Below are positions 18,789 through 28,134 of a stretch of 41,580 nt of DNA, piece by piece. The translations under genes and the position numbers were made by a program. Source of the stretch: a virus (lineage: Duplodnaviria > Heunggongvirae > Uroviricota > Caudoviricetes); the IMG/VR virus record IMGVR_UViG_2565956608_000009; one strand, written 5' to 3'. How positions within the stretch are numbered: position 1 is the stretch's first letter; each line of letters starts with the position of its first letter. The notes under the pieces are model-generated. The model was not told the origin of the DNA. It saw only the letters and a program-made list of their open reading frames with translations, and did not search any database.

Positions 18789-21259
18789 CAGAATCCCCCA
18801 ACAGTAAGGCGAGGAATAACGGCAAGAACAGACAGCGGCAACGGATCAAGCTGACGGATTTTTACACGTCCGTTTTTGCCCCAGTTACTGTCCAGTTTCA
18901 CTTCTACTTTTCCGGTAGCATCATCAACAGGATCATCGTAGAACTCGAATTCACGCTGTGGATATTCGTACCATTTACCGCCGGGCGTAGTCGCCCAGAT
19001 GCCGCGGCTGGCATTCACAACCAGAGTAACGGATGGGATCACCTGTTTTTTGTCCAGCAGCGTTTCCTGTCCGTTAATGTTGATATCCAGTGTTTCGAAT
19101 TCAGCAGTTATTGGCAGGCCGATGTGCACTACAGCCCCCGGAGATTCCAGCGTGACGGCACCTCCGGAAACCACTTTCTGTGGTTCCACGTTCGCATCAG
19201 AGAGAATGTTTACGGTCTGGCCTTCAAGATGAGACAGGCCTCCAAATGTCCGGCGCGCCATCTGCCAGTTCGTGGTGGCCACATTCCTGAGGGATGGCGG
19301 GACGTTCCTGTTAGCACGAACCACTACAGCGGTATTGCTGGTTACAGAAATAATGTCGCAACGTAATTCTTTTGACACTTCATCGCCAGTATCAGGATCA
19401 GTTCCGGTATAAGGGAATTGTAGTTGCGCACCGACATCACTACTGGTGAAGTACGCACCACCAGAAATACTGATTGTATATTCCACGCGGTAATCCCATT
19501 CACCAGAACCACCAGTGATGGTCATCGTTCTGTCAGACGTATTTCTTCCATCATAGCTAAGGCCAGAATCAACAAAGAAAGCATCTTCATCGCTGGTAAA
19601 TAAACGGCTGGACAGCCGCTCGATGTATCTCACTGTTTGCCCGTTAACGGTTCGGTTAACGACGAAATACACCGCATCTTCATTTCCTTCGCTGATACTG
19701 CATGTGCTTTCATATTTTCCGGTACTGGACTGTGGTGCCCATGCAAAAACCTGTTGATCACGCAAATAGGTCATCACCAGTAATTTACCGTCATCACGAA
19801 TGCAGAAGGCGCTGGAGTAAGGGACAATAGAGAAGCACCAGTCAACAATGCTGTGCTTCTGAAAAAGATGATTGGCAAGGATGGTCAGGTCGTTCCCCTG
19901 ATAGCCGTCAACATCGAATGAGTAGGCCAGATCACGGACAACACTGCCTTTCTCCTGGACGAACAGAGCAATATTCGCCACGGCAATTGGTGGGACATTG
20001 CTCGAGCCATTTGATCCCTGAGAGCTGAATGCAAATGATGATGGGGTTAACACTTTGTTCTGGTCGCCGGTGATGACGTACTCACCTCCGGAAGTCAGCG
20101 CCACCAGCGAACCAACATCAATCAGGTGACGGATCTCATTAACCTGACGCCCGGCATAGGTGTAGATAATTCTGTCGTCATCCTGCGTAGGATTGCTTTT
20201 GCCAAAATCCTTATAATCCCCAGTACGGCTGGCTCAGATAGTCTGAGGGAACGCAGTCGATGCGGCGAAGTAAAGACGTTGTTGATAATAAACAACAGTG
20301 CCAGGATAACCATTAACACTGTTCCAGGCATATTTAGCCCATTTATAGCTGGCATTATCCTCGCCAACTACCTGCGAAGGGATATAGGAAATCACCTCGG
20401 CAGTTGCAGTAGTTCCATTTGCAGCAGTGATACGGGCAATGCCAAAACCACTGTGCAGATACTCCCACTCAATGCCAGTATCATCATCACCGGAGCCGCC
20501 CCAGCCATCCCATGATGTGCCTTCTGTATGCGAAGGGCGCAAAGTGCCTGTTTTGCCTGCTGTAACGGCGCGATAGTAGTTACTGTCTGCACGGCGAATA
20601 TCGCTAATCGACGTACTCTTACTGGTTTCCCATACCGGCACTGAATCCACTGCAGGCTGTTCCAGATAGAACAATTTGCCTACCTGCTCCGCGCCAAAAA
20701 TAGAGGCGCTTGCCGTTAACGTAATTGTCCCAGTGCTGGCGCTGGCATAAACCGTCACTGACTCGTCGATATTGATATCTTCAAATGGTCCGTTCTTCGT
20801 TACCACATCAACCAGTTGCCAGTTGTCATGCGCATAGCGACGCAACTCTTTCGGCGGGTATGCCGGATGAACAAGCGTAAGCACGTCGGCGCTTTGCGTG
20901 AATTTAATTCGGAACAGATCGGCTTCAGTATATGGCGTGGCAATTTCATAAATAACATTGCTGCTGTTCAGCACCAACGCACCATCTTTGATAACGCGCA
21001 TGTACTGGTGTCCGAACTCCAGAGCGTAGGTCTGAACCGTCGAGAACTGGAACGGGATCAGGCGGCATTTCCGATTTGGGTATTTGGCGGCACCGACAAA
21101 ACGCGTACCAGGTCGATTCTCAACGCCGCCATACTGCCGCACGATAAAGTTATCGCACTTGCGCAATGCCACCTGGTACTTCGCCATGTCGATACGACCG
21201 TACAACGACGGTCCAATCTCACCACCGGCAAAGCTGGGCTGGATCCAACTGATAGCCAT
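18788..21259 (-). pseudogene. T7 gp12-like tail nozzle gene interrupted by a single in-frame TGA (20234-20236)
   Basis: ORFs 20234-21259 (341 aa) and 18788-20104 (438 aa) are in the same frame; the 43 codons between them are open and the track start at 20104 is a GTG inside continuous coding; combined about 822 codons, the size expected for a nozzle protein. Confidence 0.6.
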
Positions 21260-21864
21260 CAGGACAACCTCGCAATGGTAAACTCGTCAACCGGTGGCTG
21301 TGGTTCCTGTGATTCATTCTGGCTATGCGAGCCAGCACTAAGAATCACGCGATTGTACATATTGAGAGCAAATGTACCGAGATCCGCATTCCCAGTCAGC
21401 GCCATGTTAATGGCTGCCGCAAGACGCCAGGCCAACGCCTCCATAAAAATGGCATCAAACATGTTCACATCTGAAACGCGAGAGACATACTTGAGCCATG
21501 CCTGCGGCTGGTCTGTGTAGATCAACTTTCCTGTTCCGTCGGTGTCTGCACCAACTTCGTACTGAACGCGCATTGCTGCTGTTGGATTGCGTACACCAGG
21601 AAGCATAATTTCAGTAATGCGCAGACAATCTGACGGGTACTGATACGCATATTCCCAGTCAGGCGGTGGATTGCTCGTATCTGCAAGTGCCACGCGTTTG
21701 GTAGCAAAGTTCCAGTCAAAATCAGAAAGCACAGCATCACGGCAGGCCTCAAAGTGCAGCGAACATTCCCCCGCTTCCTTACTGGCTTCCGTCAGGCTGT
21801 TAATGCTGCGGCTATTGCCAATATTGGACAGCGCACGATTGCAGATCTCTACTACAGAGGCCAT
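21259..21864 (-). CDS. Tail adaptor (T7 gp11-like tubular protein A)
   Basis: 201 aa; N-terminal pattern VVEICNRALSNIGNS...WNFA resembles T7 gp11; sits just before the nozzle gene. Confidence 0.55.
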   Translation of the reverse strand: MASVVEICNRALSNIGNSRSINSLTEASKEAGECSLHFEACRDAVLSDFDWNFATKRVALADTSNPPPDWEYAYQYPSDCLRITEIMLPGVRNPTAAMRVQYEVGADTDGTGKLIYTDQPQAWLKYVSRVSDVNMFDAIFMEALAWRLAAAINMALTGNADLGTFALNMYNRVILSAGSHSQNESQEPQPPVDEFTIARLS

Positions 21865-22193
21865 TACTCACCCCCATTGCCGTACAGGGTTTCAGCCGCT
21901 GATTTTTCTACATCCCCGGAAACAGGAGCGATCGCCATATCAGTGATCTGCAGATCGGCGCTGCGATTAACACCATCGTCAGTTTCTCTGGCAGACAGGC
22001 CTCGAATAACAGCCTTTGCAGTTATCATCACTTCTGTTCCGACGCCCTGAGGTTGCGCCTTCAGCTTATTCAATGTGTCGTTATTAAGAGTGATGCACAG
22101 CCCCCACGGGTATTCATCGCGAGTTCTGGTTTCTCCGCTCTCATCCTGGTAGCTGTCAGTGCCGGTTTTGAGGTTTACGAGTTCCATATACAC
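21864..22193 (-). CDS. Hypothetical head/tail completion protein
   Basis: 109 aa; translationally coupled in the structural operon. Confidence 0.45.
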   Translation of the reverse strand: MYMELVNLKTGTDSYQDESGETRTRDEYPWGLCITLNNDTLNKLKAQPQGVGTEVMITAKAVIRGLSARETDDGVNRSADLQITDMAIAPVSGDVEKSAAETLYGNGGE

Positions 22194-22237
22194 TCCTGCA
22201 ATAAAGGGGCCGAAGCCCCTTGTCGGATTCGCGAGGC

Positions 22238-22582
22238 TTACACGCCCAGTTCTTTACGCTTATCTGCGATCTTCTCGCGGAGCGTTTCGGCTTTAGCGTT
22301 ATGGTGTGGCTTCTCGTTAAAGAGCAATTCGTACTCTTCACGGAGCTTATCCAGTTCACCATCATCTGACACATCGTTGATGATTTTGGTGCTGGTTGCT
22401 GCCATAGACACCTTTCCTGCTACCTTTGCTTTTGCCTGTCTGGCTGCATCGTTAACAGGTTCCAGTGCGCTACCAGGCTCACCTTCGTATTCGATTTCTG
22501 CCCCCTCCGGCCACAGAGTGTTATGGATATGAGAGAGGCGCAGAACGCGGTATCTTGGTTTCTCACCTGACATCGATATCAC
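22238..22582 (-). CDS. Hypothetical structural-module protein
   Basis: 114 aa; GTG start; between capsid-side and tail-side genes. Confidence 0.45.
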   Translation of the reverse strand: MISMSGEKPRYRVLRLSHIHNTLWPEGAEIEYEGEPGSALEPVNDAARQAKAKVAGKVSMAATSTKIINDVSDDGELDKLREEYELLFNEKPHHNAKAETLREKIADKRKELGV

Positions 22583-22583
22583 C

Positions 22584-23021
22584 TTAACCAGTTACTTTTG
22601 AGCGGATCGGATACGGCGTATTGGCATCAACATCAAGACTGATACCAGCAGTGAATTCGCCAGCCGTTAGTGGGCCAGTTGCGACGGAGTAGTTAACACG
22701 CAGATATCGCTGAACACCGGCAGGCACCTTTGCAGAAACAACTCGTTTACCTGCTGTCAGGGCGGTCTTTGCCAGTGCGCCACTATCATAAATAGTGGTC
22801 CATGAGCTGTTATTCTCACTCGTCTGCAACTGGATGTTTACAGTTGCATCACCGCTTGCCGCGGCGGCTGTGTTAACCAGCGCCCAAAACTCAAGCGGGT
22901 AACCCACGCCGATATCACGACGTTTTCCGTCAATTGGACCGAGATCGATTACGTCAGTAGAAGCCGCGGTATTCGTAACCGCCTGAGCTTCGGAGAACAT
23001 CAACAGTTTGTCGGTGATCAT
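22584..23021 (-). CDS. Putative capsid decoration / minor head protein
   Basis: 145 aa, beta-rich, directly downstream of the major capsid gene; SD GGAGAAAG. Confidence 0.45.
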   Translation of the reverse strand: MITDKLLMFSEAQAVTNTAASTDVIDLGPIDGKRRDIGVGYPLEFWALVNTAAAASGDATVNIQLQTSENNSSWTTIYDSGALAKTALTAGKRVVSAKVPAGVQRYLRVNYSVATGPLTAGEFTAGISLDVDANTPYPIRSKVTG

Positions 23022-23072
23022 CTTCTTTCTCCATTAGTGGGTCTGTTACGACCCACAGGTTAATAACAGGCG

Positions 23073-24065
23073 TTACACCACGCGGGCTTCTGTTTCCAGA
23101 AGCGCATCAGTTTCACGGATTGGTACACCACGGAATGAAGTCCACCACTCGCCTTCTGTCTCTTTTACGCTGATCGCCAGAGATGTTTTCTCCAGAGATT
23201 GCAGATCAAGAGCCTGGCCTACAGTGCGGTTCATGTAGAACACCGGGCGACCCATGCCACGATTTGGAATGCGATGCAGTGCTTTAACCATCAACTTCGC
23301 AATATTTGCGGCAGAGGAAGGTTCTGAAAGATTGCTGACATCGATGTTTGCAATGCGAACAACATAACGCCAGTCACGCAGAGCAAGTCCGTTGTCCCAT
23401 TTGTAATGGGTACGGTAGCCTTCGTACTTGCCGCCATTAGCATCTTCCAGTGTCACCTGGCCTTTATCTTCCATCTGAATGCCAGCCTTCTGCCCTTTCG
23501 GGAAGATGCCATGCACTGTGTTTTCGCCCCACACCACTAACCAGATTGAGGTGTTATCTGTACCCGTGCCACCAGCATCAATGATGTTCTGAGCATTACC
23601 TGCAGACAGGCTGGAATAGCGGGAGGACAGTCCCATAAACTGCTGAGGGTTAACGCTGGAATCACCATAAAACAGCGTCTGCGCCATCTGCTGATTCATC
23701 GCTTCAATAAATGCGCGGTCTTCAGACAGGCGGAATTCGGCGGTATTGCCGTTCAGATCAGCCAGTGACTTATCGACTTCAGCATAGGTTTCCAGCATGC
23801 CAACGGAATCGGTTACCTGCACTGTGGTTGATTTGCTTGGCTGTACGCCATAGTTCAGCAAACGCCAGGTAGCTGAAGGTAAACCAGAACGAATGGTGGT
23901 TCGGTGTCCGGTAGGAAGGTTCCCTTCGACAAAAGGCATATCCTGAAGGATCGGGTTAGTTTGACCGAGAAGCTCGATAATCTTATCGACTTTCCCGTTT
24001 GGATCGACGCGCTTACCCCAGTCAGCCAGCGTTAGCGCAGTTAAGCCTTTAACAGCCATTGTCAT
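23073..24065 (-). CDS. Major capsid protein
   Basis: 330 aa; follows the scaffold gene and precedes a stem-loop (23037-23056); assignment from order and size. Confidence 0.7.
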   Translation of the reverse strand: MTMAVKGLTALTLADWGKRVDPNGKVDKIIELLGQTNPILQDMPFVEGNLPTGHRTTIRSGLPSATWRLLNYGVQPSKSTTVQVTDSVGMLETYAEVDKSLADLNGNTAEFRLSEDRAFIEAMNQQMAQTLFYGDSSVNPQQFMGLSSRYSSLSAGNAQNIIDAGGTGTDNTSIWLVVWGENTVHGIFPKGQKAGIQMEDKGQVTLEDANGGKYEGYRTHYKWDNGLALRDWRYVVRIANIDVSNLSEPSSAANIAKLMVKALHRIPNRGMGRPVFYMNRTVGQALDLQSLEKTSLAISVKETEGEWWTSFRGVPIRETDALLETEARVV

Positions 24066-24073
24066 TTCCTCTC

Positions 24074-24775
24074 TTATTTGCCATAGAGCACTTCGGCCGC
24101 ACTACGCTGGCCTTCATTACCACCGGTGACCATGCCATCTTCAGACATCGCCTTTCCGATTTTCACGAACGTTTTGACCAGATCAGGGTGATTACCCAGC
24201 CCGGTGGTGTTCAGATATTCTTTGAGTTCAGGTGTCCCGAACTGGTCAAGCGCACGCTGTGCGGCGCTAAGGTTAGAAATCAACTTGTCGCCACCGATTT
24301 CTTTGTCAGCTTTTACATCAGCAGCCCACTGCTCGGTTGTTTTCTGCCAGGCTTCTGCCTGGCGCTGCTGCACACCTGCCAGAATCTTCGGATAAGCATC
24401 AACCAGCTTTTGCGCTTGCTCGTTGGTCAGGTTAAGTTCTCGCGCCACCGGCTCGAATTCCTTCAACGCTTCTGTATCCAGCTCTACGCCTTCGGCAGCC
24501 TGAAACTCGTACTTCTCAGGCGCACCCTCTGGTTTATCGCCGTCCTTTTTTTCATCCTGCTTATCGTTTTCAGGCTTTTTGTCATCAGCAGGTTTATCGC
24601 CATCAGCAACAGGTTGTGGCTTATCACCTTCCGATTGTGATGGATCACCAACTGGAGCAGGGTTATCACCTGCAGGCGCTGACGGTTCTGACGCAGCCGG
24701 AGCTGCTCCACCATCGACTGGTTGCTCATTGCAAAGACGGCGATACAGCAAACGCTCAAATAAATTCATGATCAC
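24074..24775 (-). CDS. Scaffolding protein
   Basis: 233 aa; highly acidic low-complexity N-terminal half, helical C-terminal half; between portal and capsid. Confidence 0.6.
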   Translation of the reverse strand: MIMNLFERLLYRRLCNEQPVDGGAAPAASEPSAPAGDNPAPVGDPSQSEGDKPQPVADGDKPADDKKPENDKQDEKKDGDKPEGAPEKYEFQAAEGVELDTEALKEFEPVARELNLTNEQAQKLVDAYPKILAGVQQRQAEAWQKTTEQWAADVKADKEIGGDKLISNLSAAQRALDQFGTPELKEYLNTTGLGNHPDLVKTFVKIGKAMSEDGMVTGGNEGQRSAAEVLYGK

Positions 24776-25068
24776 TCCTGTTCACTGGCCTCTTTGGCCA
24801 TCTTCAAATACTGTTCAGGGCAATGCGCCATAACGCGCTGAAACAGTTCCAGCGCCAGATTGCGTTGCCCCTCATTAAATGCCATTGCCATAGCATCCAT
24901 CGGAGAGATAGCGGAAAACACCCGGCCTTTCTCCAGCACAGACCAGACAACGCGACGCCCCTGTTCACTGCTCATGACAAAGCGAATGTCATCAATTTCA
25001 CGTTGTGCCATGTCACGTTGCTTACGGGCGTTTTCTTCTTTCAGTTGATCGTCTTCGTAATCTGTCAT
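24772..25068 (-). CDS. Hypothetical small protein between portal and scaffold
   Basis: 98 aa, charged; overlaps neighbouring genes by 4 nt at both ends. Confidence 0.45.
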   Translation of the reverse strand: MTDYEDDQLKEENARKQRDMAQREIDDIRFVMSSEQGRRVVWSVLEKGRVFSAISPMDAMAMAFNEGQRNLALELFQRVMAHCPEQYLKMAKEASEQE

Positions 25069-26744
25069 TGTGATTGCCCACCCTGACCACTAACTGCATT
25101 CGCCATAGCTGACAAAACACTCGGATCCGAAGTTTTAGCTTCGCTTAGCGTCTTGGCACCCTGTGCCGCCGCCATCCCCATCTCCATCATTTGTTGCTGC
25201 TGTTGTTGCTGTGCCCGTTGCTGGCGAGCCTGCTCAACCTGTTCCTGCGGAACAATGACGGTTGGAGACACTCCGGACATATCAGCGAATGCATCGATTG
25301 CCTGATCAACGTTGAGTTTGTCGAGAGCTTCTGGTTTCGCTTGCGCAAGTTGACCAATGAAGTTGACCGTAGACGCCAGACTGGACAGGCCGATAGACTT
25401 CTGCGCCTGAGCCATGACGGAAATGTATTCGACCTTCAGGGGCATACCTTCCATCGCGTCAGGCGGGGGCGGCAGCATGTTTTTACGCACCATCATCGAG
25501 AAAGCGCGGTCAATGAGAGGATTAAGACATTCGTCGTTCAGACGCTCCAGAACCGGCCCCAACATCAGAAGTTTTTCTTCTTTCATTTCGATCACCGCTT
25601 CAACAGGCATCGAACGGGTATTGATGTTCTGCAACATCATGAACAGATCGACAAAGTAGGCACTGTTAATGATTTGACGAGTGTCCTGAATGTCTGCCAC
25701 CAGATCTGCTGTACTGGGGTTAACCAGATAAGCAGGCCTGAAACCATCCTGACCAGTAATCTGATCGATATACGTGATGTCGCCAGGAAGAAGGGAGGCG
25801 CGCTGATTCTTGAGGGAAGTCGGAGCAATCATCGGCGGATTGGTGGCTTTATCAATCAACTGCGACTTGCGCTTCTGGAGAAGCTGCAATGCCTTAACAG
25901 GTCCAAGCGCCAGCATACCCGGGCATGATGATCCATAAACATCTTCGCCGTTAACTTCCCAGCGCGGAGCCATAATTGGAAACTCATCGAATCCTGACTC
26001 ACGCAACAACTTGTCGTTATCACCGCCAACCTCGTAATAAACCGATTTGAATGGCTTGTTCTTGCTATCCAGCTTCGATGTATCGCGGTCAATGTTCGGG
26101 TAAACCGAATGCATCACTTCAATCCACTTCTCGTAGGTGCCGCTTTCCCACATGCTTTTTACGGATTCGCTGACGTTATTTAGCCCGAACTCCTGAACAA
26201 GCTGACGAACAGTCATAGAGAACTTGCGAAAACAGGTGTCCACACTGCCACGAGGTGAGTTAGCCAGGTAGTAACTGCCTATCGGGAATGGCATTGTGCG
26301 AATGATGTCATCGTCATCCTCCAGTACCGCCATTGCACCAGTGCTGTATGTGCCGAGGCTTCCGTATAACTGCGGCAGCGACTGATAGAGATTCGACTTA
26401 TTGAACATATCGTTCATGCGGTTCTGCACCGCCTCAAGCCACAACTTAACAGGGCCATAATCCATCATTTCAGGATCTGGCGTAGCCAGGCGAAACCACG
26501 GACGCGCGGGGCTTGTGATGCCTGACATCATGCCGCTGGCGAGAGTGCGCGCCGCCATAGTCCCGGTCGAATCAATAATGCGTGTATTGCGTCGATCGTT
26601 ACGGTTGACCTCAGAAGTCAGAAAGCGGGAACCACGCGGGTTGATGTAATCACTCAACTCGCGCCAGTGCGGCTCGAACGACTGACGCTCGCTTTCAAGT
26701 TGTGCGAACTGTTTGTTCAATCGCTCTTTAGTTGTTTCCGCCAT
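25065..26744 (-). CDS. Portal protein (T7 gp8-type head-to-tail connector)
   Basis: 559 aa; Gln/Met-rich C-terminus QARQQRAQQQQQQQMMEMGMAAAQGA closely resembles the T7 gp8 C-terminus; SD GGAG before ATG 26742-26744. Confidence 0.8.
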   Translation of the reverse strand: MAETTKERLNKQFAQLESERQSFEPHWRELSDYINPRGSRFLTSEVNRNDRRNTRIIDSTGTMAARTLASGMMSGITSPARPWFRLATPDPEMMDYGPVKLWLEAVQNRMNDMFNKSNLYQSLPQLYGSLGTYSTGAMAVLEDDDDIIRTMPFPIGSYYLANSPRGSVDTCFRKFSMTVRQLVQEFGLNNVSESVKSMWESGTYEKWIEVMHSVYPNIDRDTSKLDSKNKPFKSVYYEVGGDNDKLLRESGFDEFPIMAPRWEVNGEDVYGSSCPGMLALGPVKALQLLQKRKSQLIDKATNPPMIAPTSLKNQRASLLPGDITYIDQITGQDGFRPAYLVNPSTADLVADIQDTRQIINSAYFVDLFMMLQNINTRSMPVEAVIEMKEEKLLMLGPVLERLNDECLNPLIDRAFSMMVRKNMLPPPPDAMEGMPLKVEYISVMAQAQKSIGLSSLASTVNFIGQLAQAKPEALDKLNVDQAIDAFADMSGVSPTVIVPQEQVEQARQQRAQQQQQQQMMEMGMAAAQGAKTLSEAKTSDPSVLSAMANAVSGQGGQSQ

Positions 26745-26758
26745 TTCAATGACTCCGG

Positions 26759-26965
26759 TTACTGACCAAGCAGCGTTTTACCGCTGGTATTAGCGGTTGA
26801 TGTGTCACCCTGAGAACCGGTAAGCAGCGTAGAACTACGACCAGCAGCAGCGCGACGGCGACGTGTTTCTTCGTCGCGGGCATCAACAACGGCGGCATCC
26901 TGCTCCTGTGGTGCTGCCTGAACTTCTGGTGTTGCAGGCACTGATGGTGAGCTACCCATGCACAT
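26759..26965 (-). CDS. Small hypothetical protein upstream of portal
   Basis: 68 aa, low complexity; initiation region CGGAGTCATTGA-ATG nearly identical to that of the portal gene; the overlapping 79-aa alternative frame (26746-26985) looks less protein-like. Confidence 0.3.
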   Translation of the reverse strand: MCMGSSPSVPATPEVQAAPQEQDAAVVDARDEETRRRRAAAGRSSTLLTGSQGDTSTANTSGKTLLGQ

Positions 26966-27033
26966 ATCAATGACTCCGTACGCAATTAAATTATTACCAA
27001 TTTAACCACATATGATTTATTTATCGTAGACAG

Positions 27034-27070
27034 TTGACATTTAACGCACGAATTATTACCTTTCAGGTAA
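27034..27070 (+). promoter_or_regulatory. Candidate promoter (-35 TTGACA) with operator palindrome TTACC-tttca-GGTAA (27056-27070)
   Basis: Perfect -35 hexamer 27034-27039; perfect operator copy overlapping the expected -10/+1 region; directed toward the tRNA. Confidence 0.5.
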
Positions 27071-27392
27071 GCAGAGAGTGCATTCCTGTTATTAACCTGA
27101 CTGGCTTGTCGTTAAATTGAACAGGTGGAGTGAGATTTTATTTTGAGCAGTACGGCGTATGGCACATGCGCCGATAGCGGTCTGGATACGTTTAATGGGC
27201 ACCCTCCCTTGCTCGGGCAAACGAACCAGGTAGCCGGAATGTGCAAGTCGAGCGGTTTTATTCCGCGCACGGGGATTCACCATCCCGGCGATTCGGTGTG
27301 ACGCCTCGGAAGAGACGAGGGTGCAACGATGAGAGCATTTATGGAGCCGCGACAAAGTGTGGCGCCTTAACAGGCTAAGTGCTCTCAGCGTT

Positions 27393-27469
27393 GTGGCATT
27401 AGCTCAGTTGGACAGAGCAACCGCCTTCTAAGCGGTCGGTCGCAGGTTCGAATCCTGCATGCCACGCCA
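27393..27469 (+). tRNA. tRNA-Arg (anticodon UCU), phage-encoded
   Basis: 77 nt with CCA; 7-bp acceptor stem GTGGCAT/ATGCCAC, D-arm GCTC/GAGC, anticodon stem ACCGC/GCGGT with loop CTTCTAA, T-arm GCAGG-TTCGAAT-CCTGC; internal to the prophage, so not the integration site. Confidence 0.85.
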
Positions 27470-27672
27470 GAATCACGCCTAAGGACCGTGATGCCAGAAG
27501 TTCCAGGGGCTTGGCGGTGATGGTTTCCCTTGAAGGACTATCACCGCCCTTTTTACAGCAGGACGCCATTGCGATGGCTTCATGCTGTAAACCAGTACAG
27601 CCACGGAAGGCATAACTCATTGCTTCCAGTTCGCCCGGTTCGCAGGGCATTTTTTTAAGGTGAGATTAGACT

Positions 27673-28044
27673 ATGAGTGACAAAGACATTGAATCTGAAA
27701 TTCAGGCTAAAGGTTTAGCCGCGCCGCGCGTTACGCCAGACCATATCGAGAGTATTATTGCTCAGGAGGCATATTTCACAGCAGAAGATGGTGTCTTTGG
27801 CGTAGCCATAAAAGCGAAACATACTGGCGGAGAGGTAAACTACCAGCCGCACGAATCACTTTCTCTGCTGACGTTCTGCGTTCTGGTGCTGCGCAATGGC
27901 TTCACCGTCACCGGAGAGAGCGCCTGTGCAAGCCCGGAAAACTTTGATGCGGAAATTGGTCGGAAGATTGCCCGGCAGAATGCTGTAAACAAAATCTGGA
28001 TGCTTGAAGGTTACTTGCTGAAGCAGAAGTTAAGCGAGCAATAA
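27673..28044 (+). CDS. Gp49-like phage protein of unknown function
   Basis: 123 aa; SD AAGGTGAG; pattern TFCVLVLRNGFTVTGESACASPENFD recalls the N4 gp49 / Sf6 gp66 family; oriented opposite to the flanking late genes. Confidence 0.5.
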   Translation: MSDKDIESEIQAKGLAAPRVTPDHIESIIAQEAYFTAEDGVFGVAIKAKHTGGEVNYQPHESLSLLTFCVLVLRNGFTVTGESACASPENFDAEIGRKIARQNAVNKIWMLEGYLLKQKLSEQ

Positions 28045-28048
28045 CACC

Positions 28049-28060
28049 GTGACATGTCAC
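28049..28060. repeat. 12-bp perfect palindrome GTGACATGTCAC, copy 2 of 3
   Basis: Begins 4 nt after the stop of the 27673-28044 gene and 4 nt before a terminator hairpin. Confidence 0.6.
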
Positions 28061-28064
28061 AAAC

Positions 28065-28091
28065 AGCCAGCCGATGAGCTGGCTTTGTTTT
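28065..28091 (+). terminator. Rho-independent terminator
   Basis: AGCCAGC-cgatga-GCTGGCT followed by TTGTTTT. Confidence 0.65.
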
Positions 28092-28134
28092 ATCCTCACC
28101 AGAGGATATCTCCGTCATTATCCCCGCTAACGGA

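Noticed and set aside
23037-23056. Hairpin GTGGGTC/GACCCAC after the capsid gene as a full terminator
   Set aside because: No U-tract follows; the SD of the next gene comes immediately after, so it is more likely an intra-operon stabiliser or partial attenuator.
27092-27355. 87-aa minus-strand ORF upstream of the tRNA
   Set aside because: Arg-rich low-complexity product, no SD, and it lies antisense to the GC-rich tRNA leader.
27393-27469. tRNA-Arg as the prophage integration site
   Set aside because: It lies in the middle of the prophage between portal and terminase, on the opposite strand to the integrase and 13 kb from it; it is better explained as a phage-encoded tRNA.
27393-27469. tRNA as an opal suppressor explaining the in-frame TGA in the nozzle gene
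   Set aside because: The anticodon loop reads CTTCTAA (anticodon UCU, decoding AGA), not UCA.
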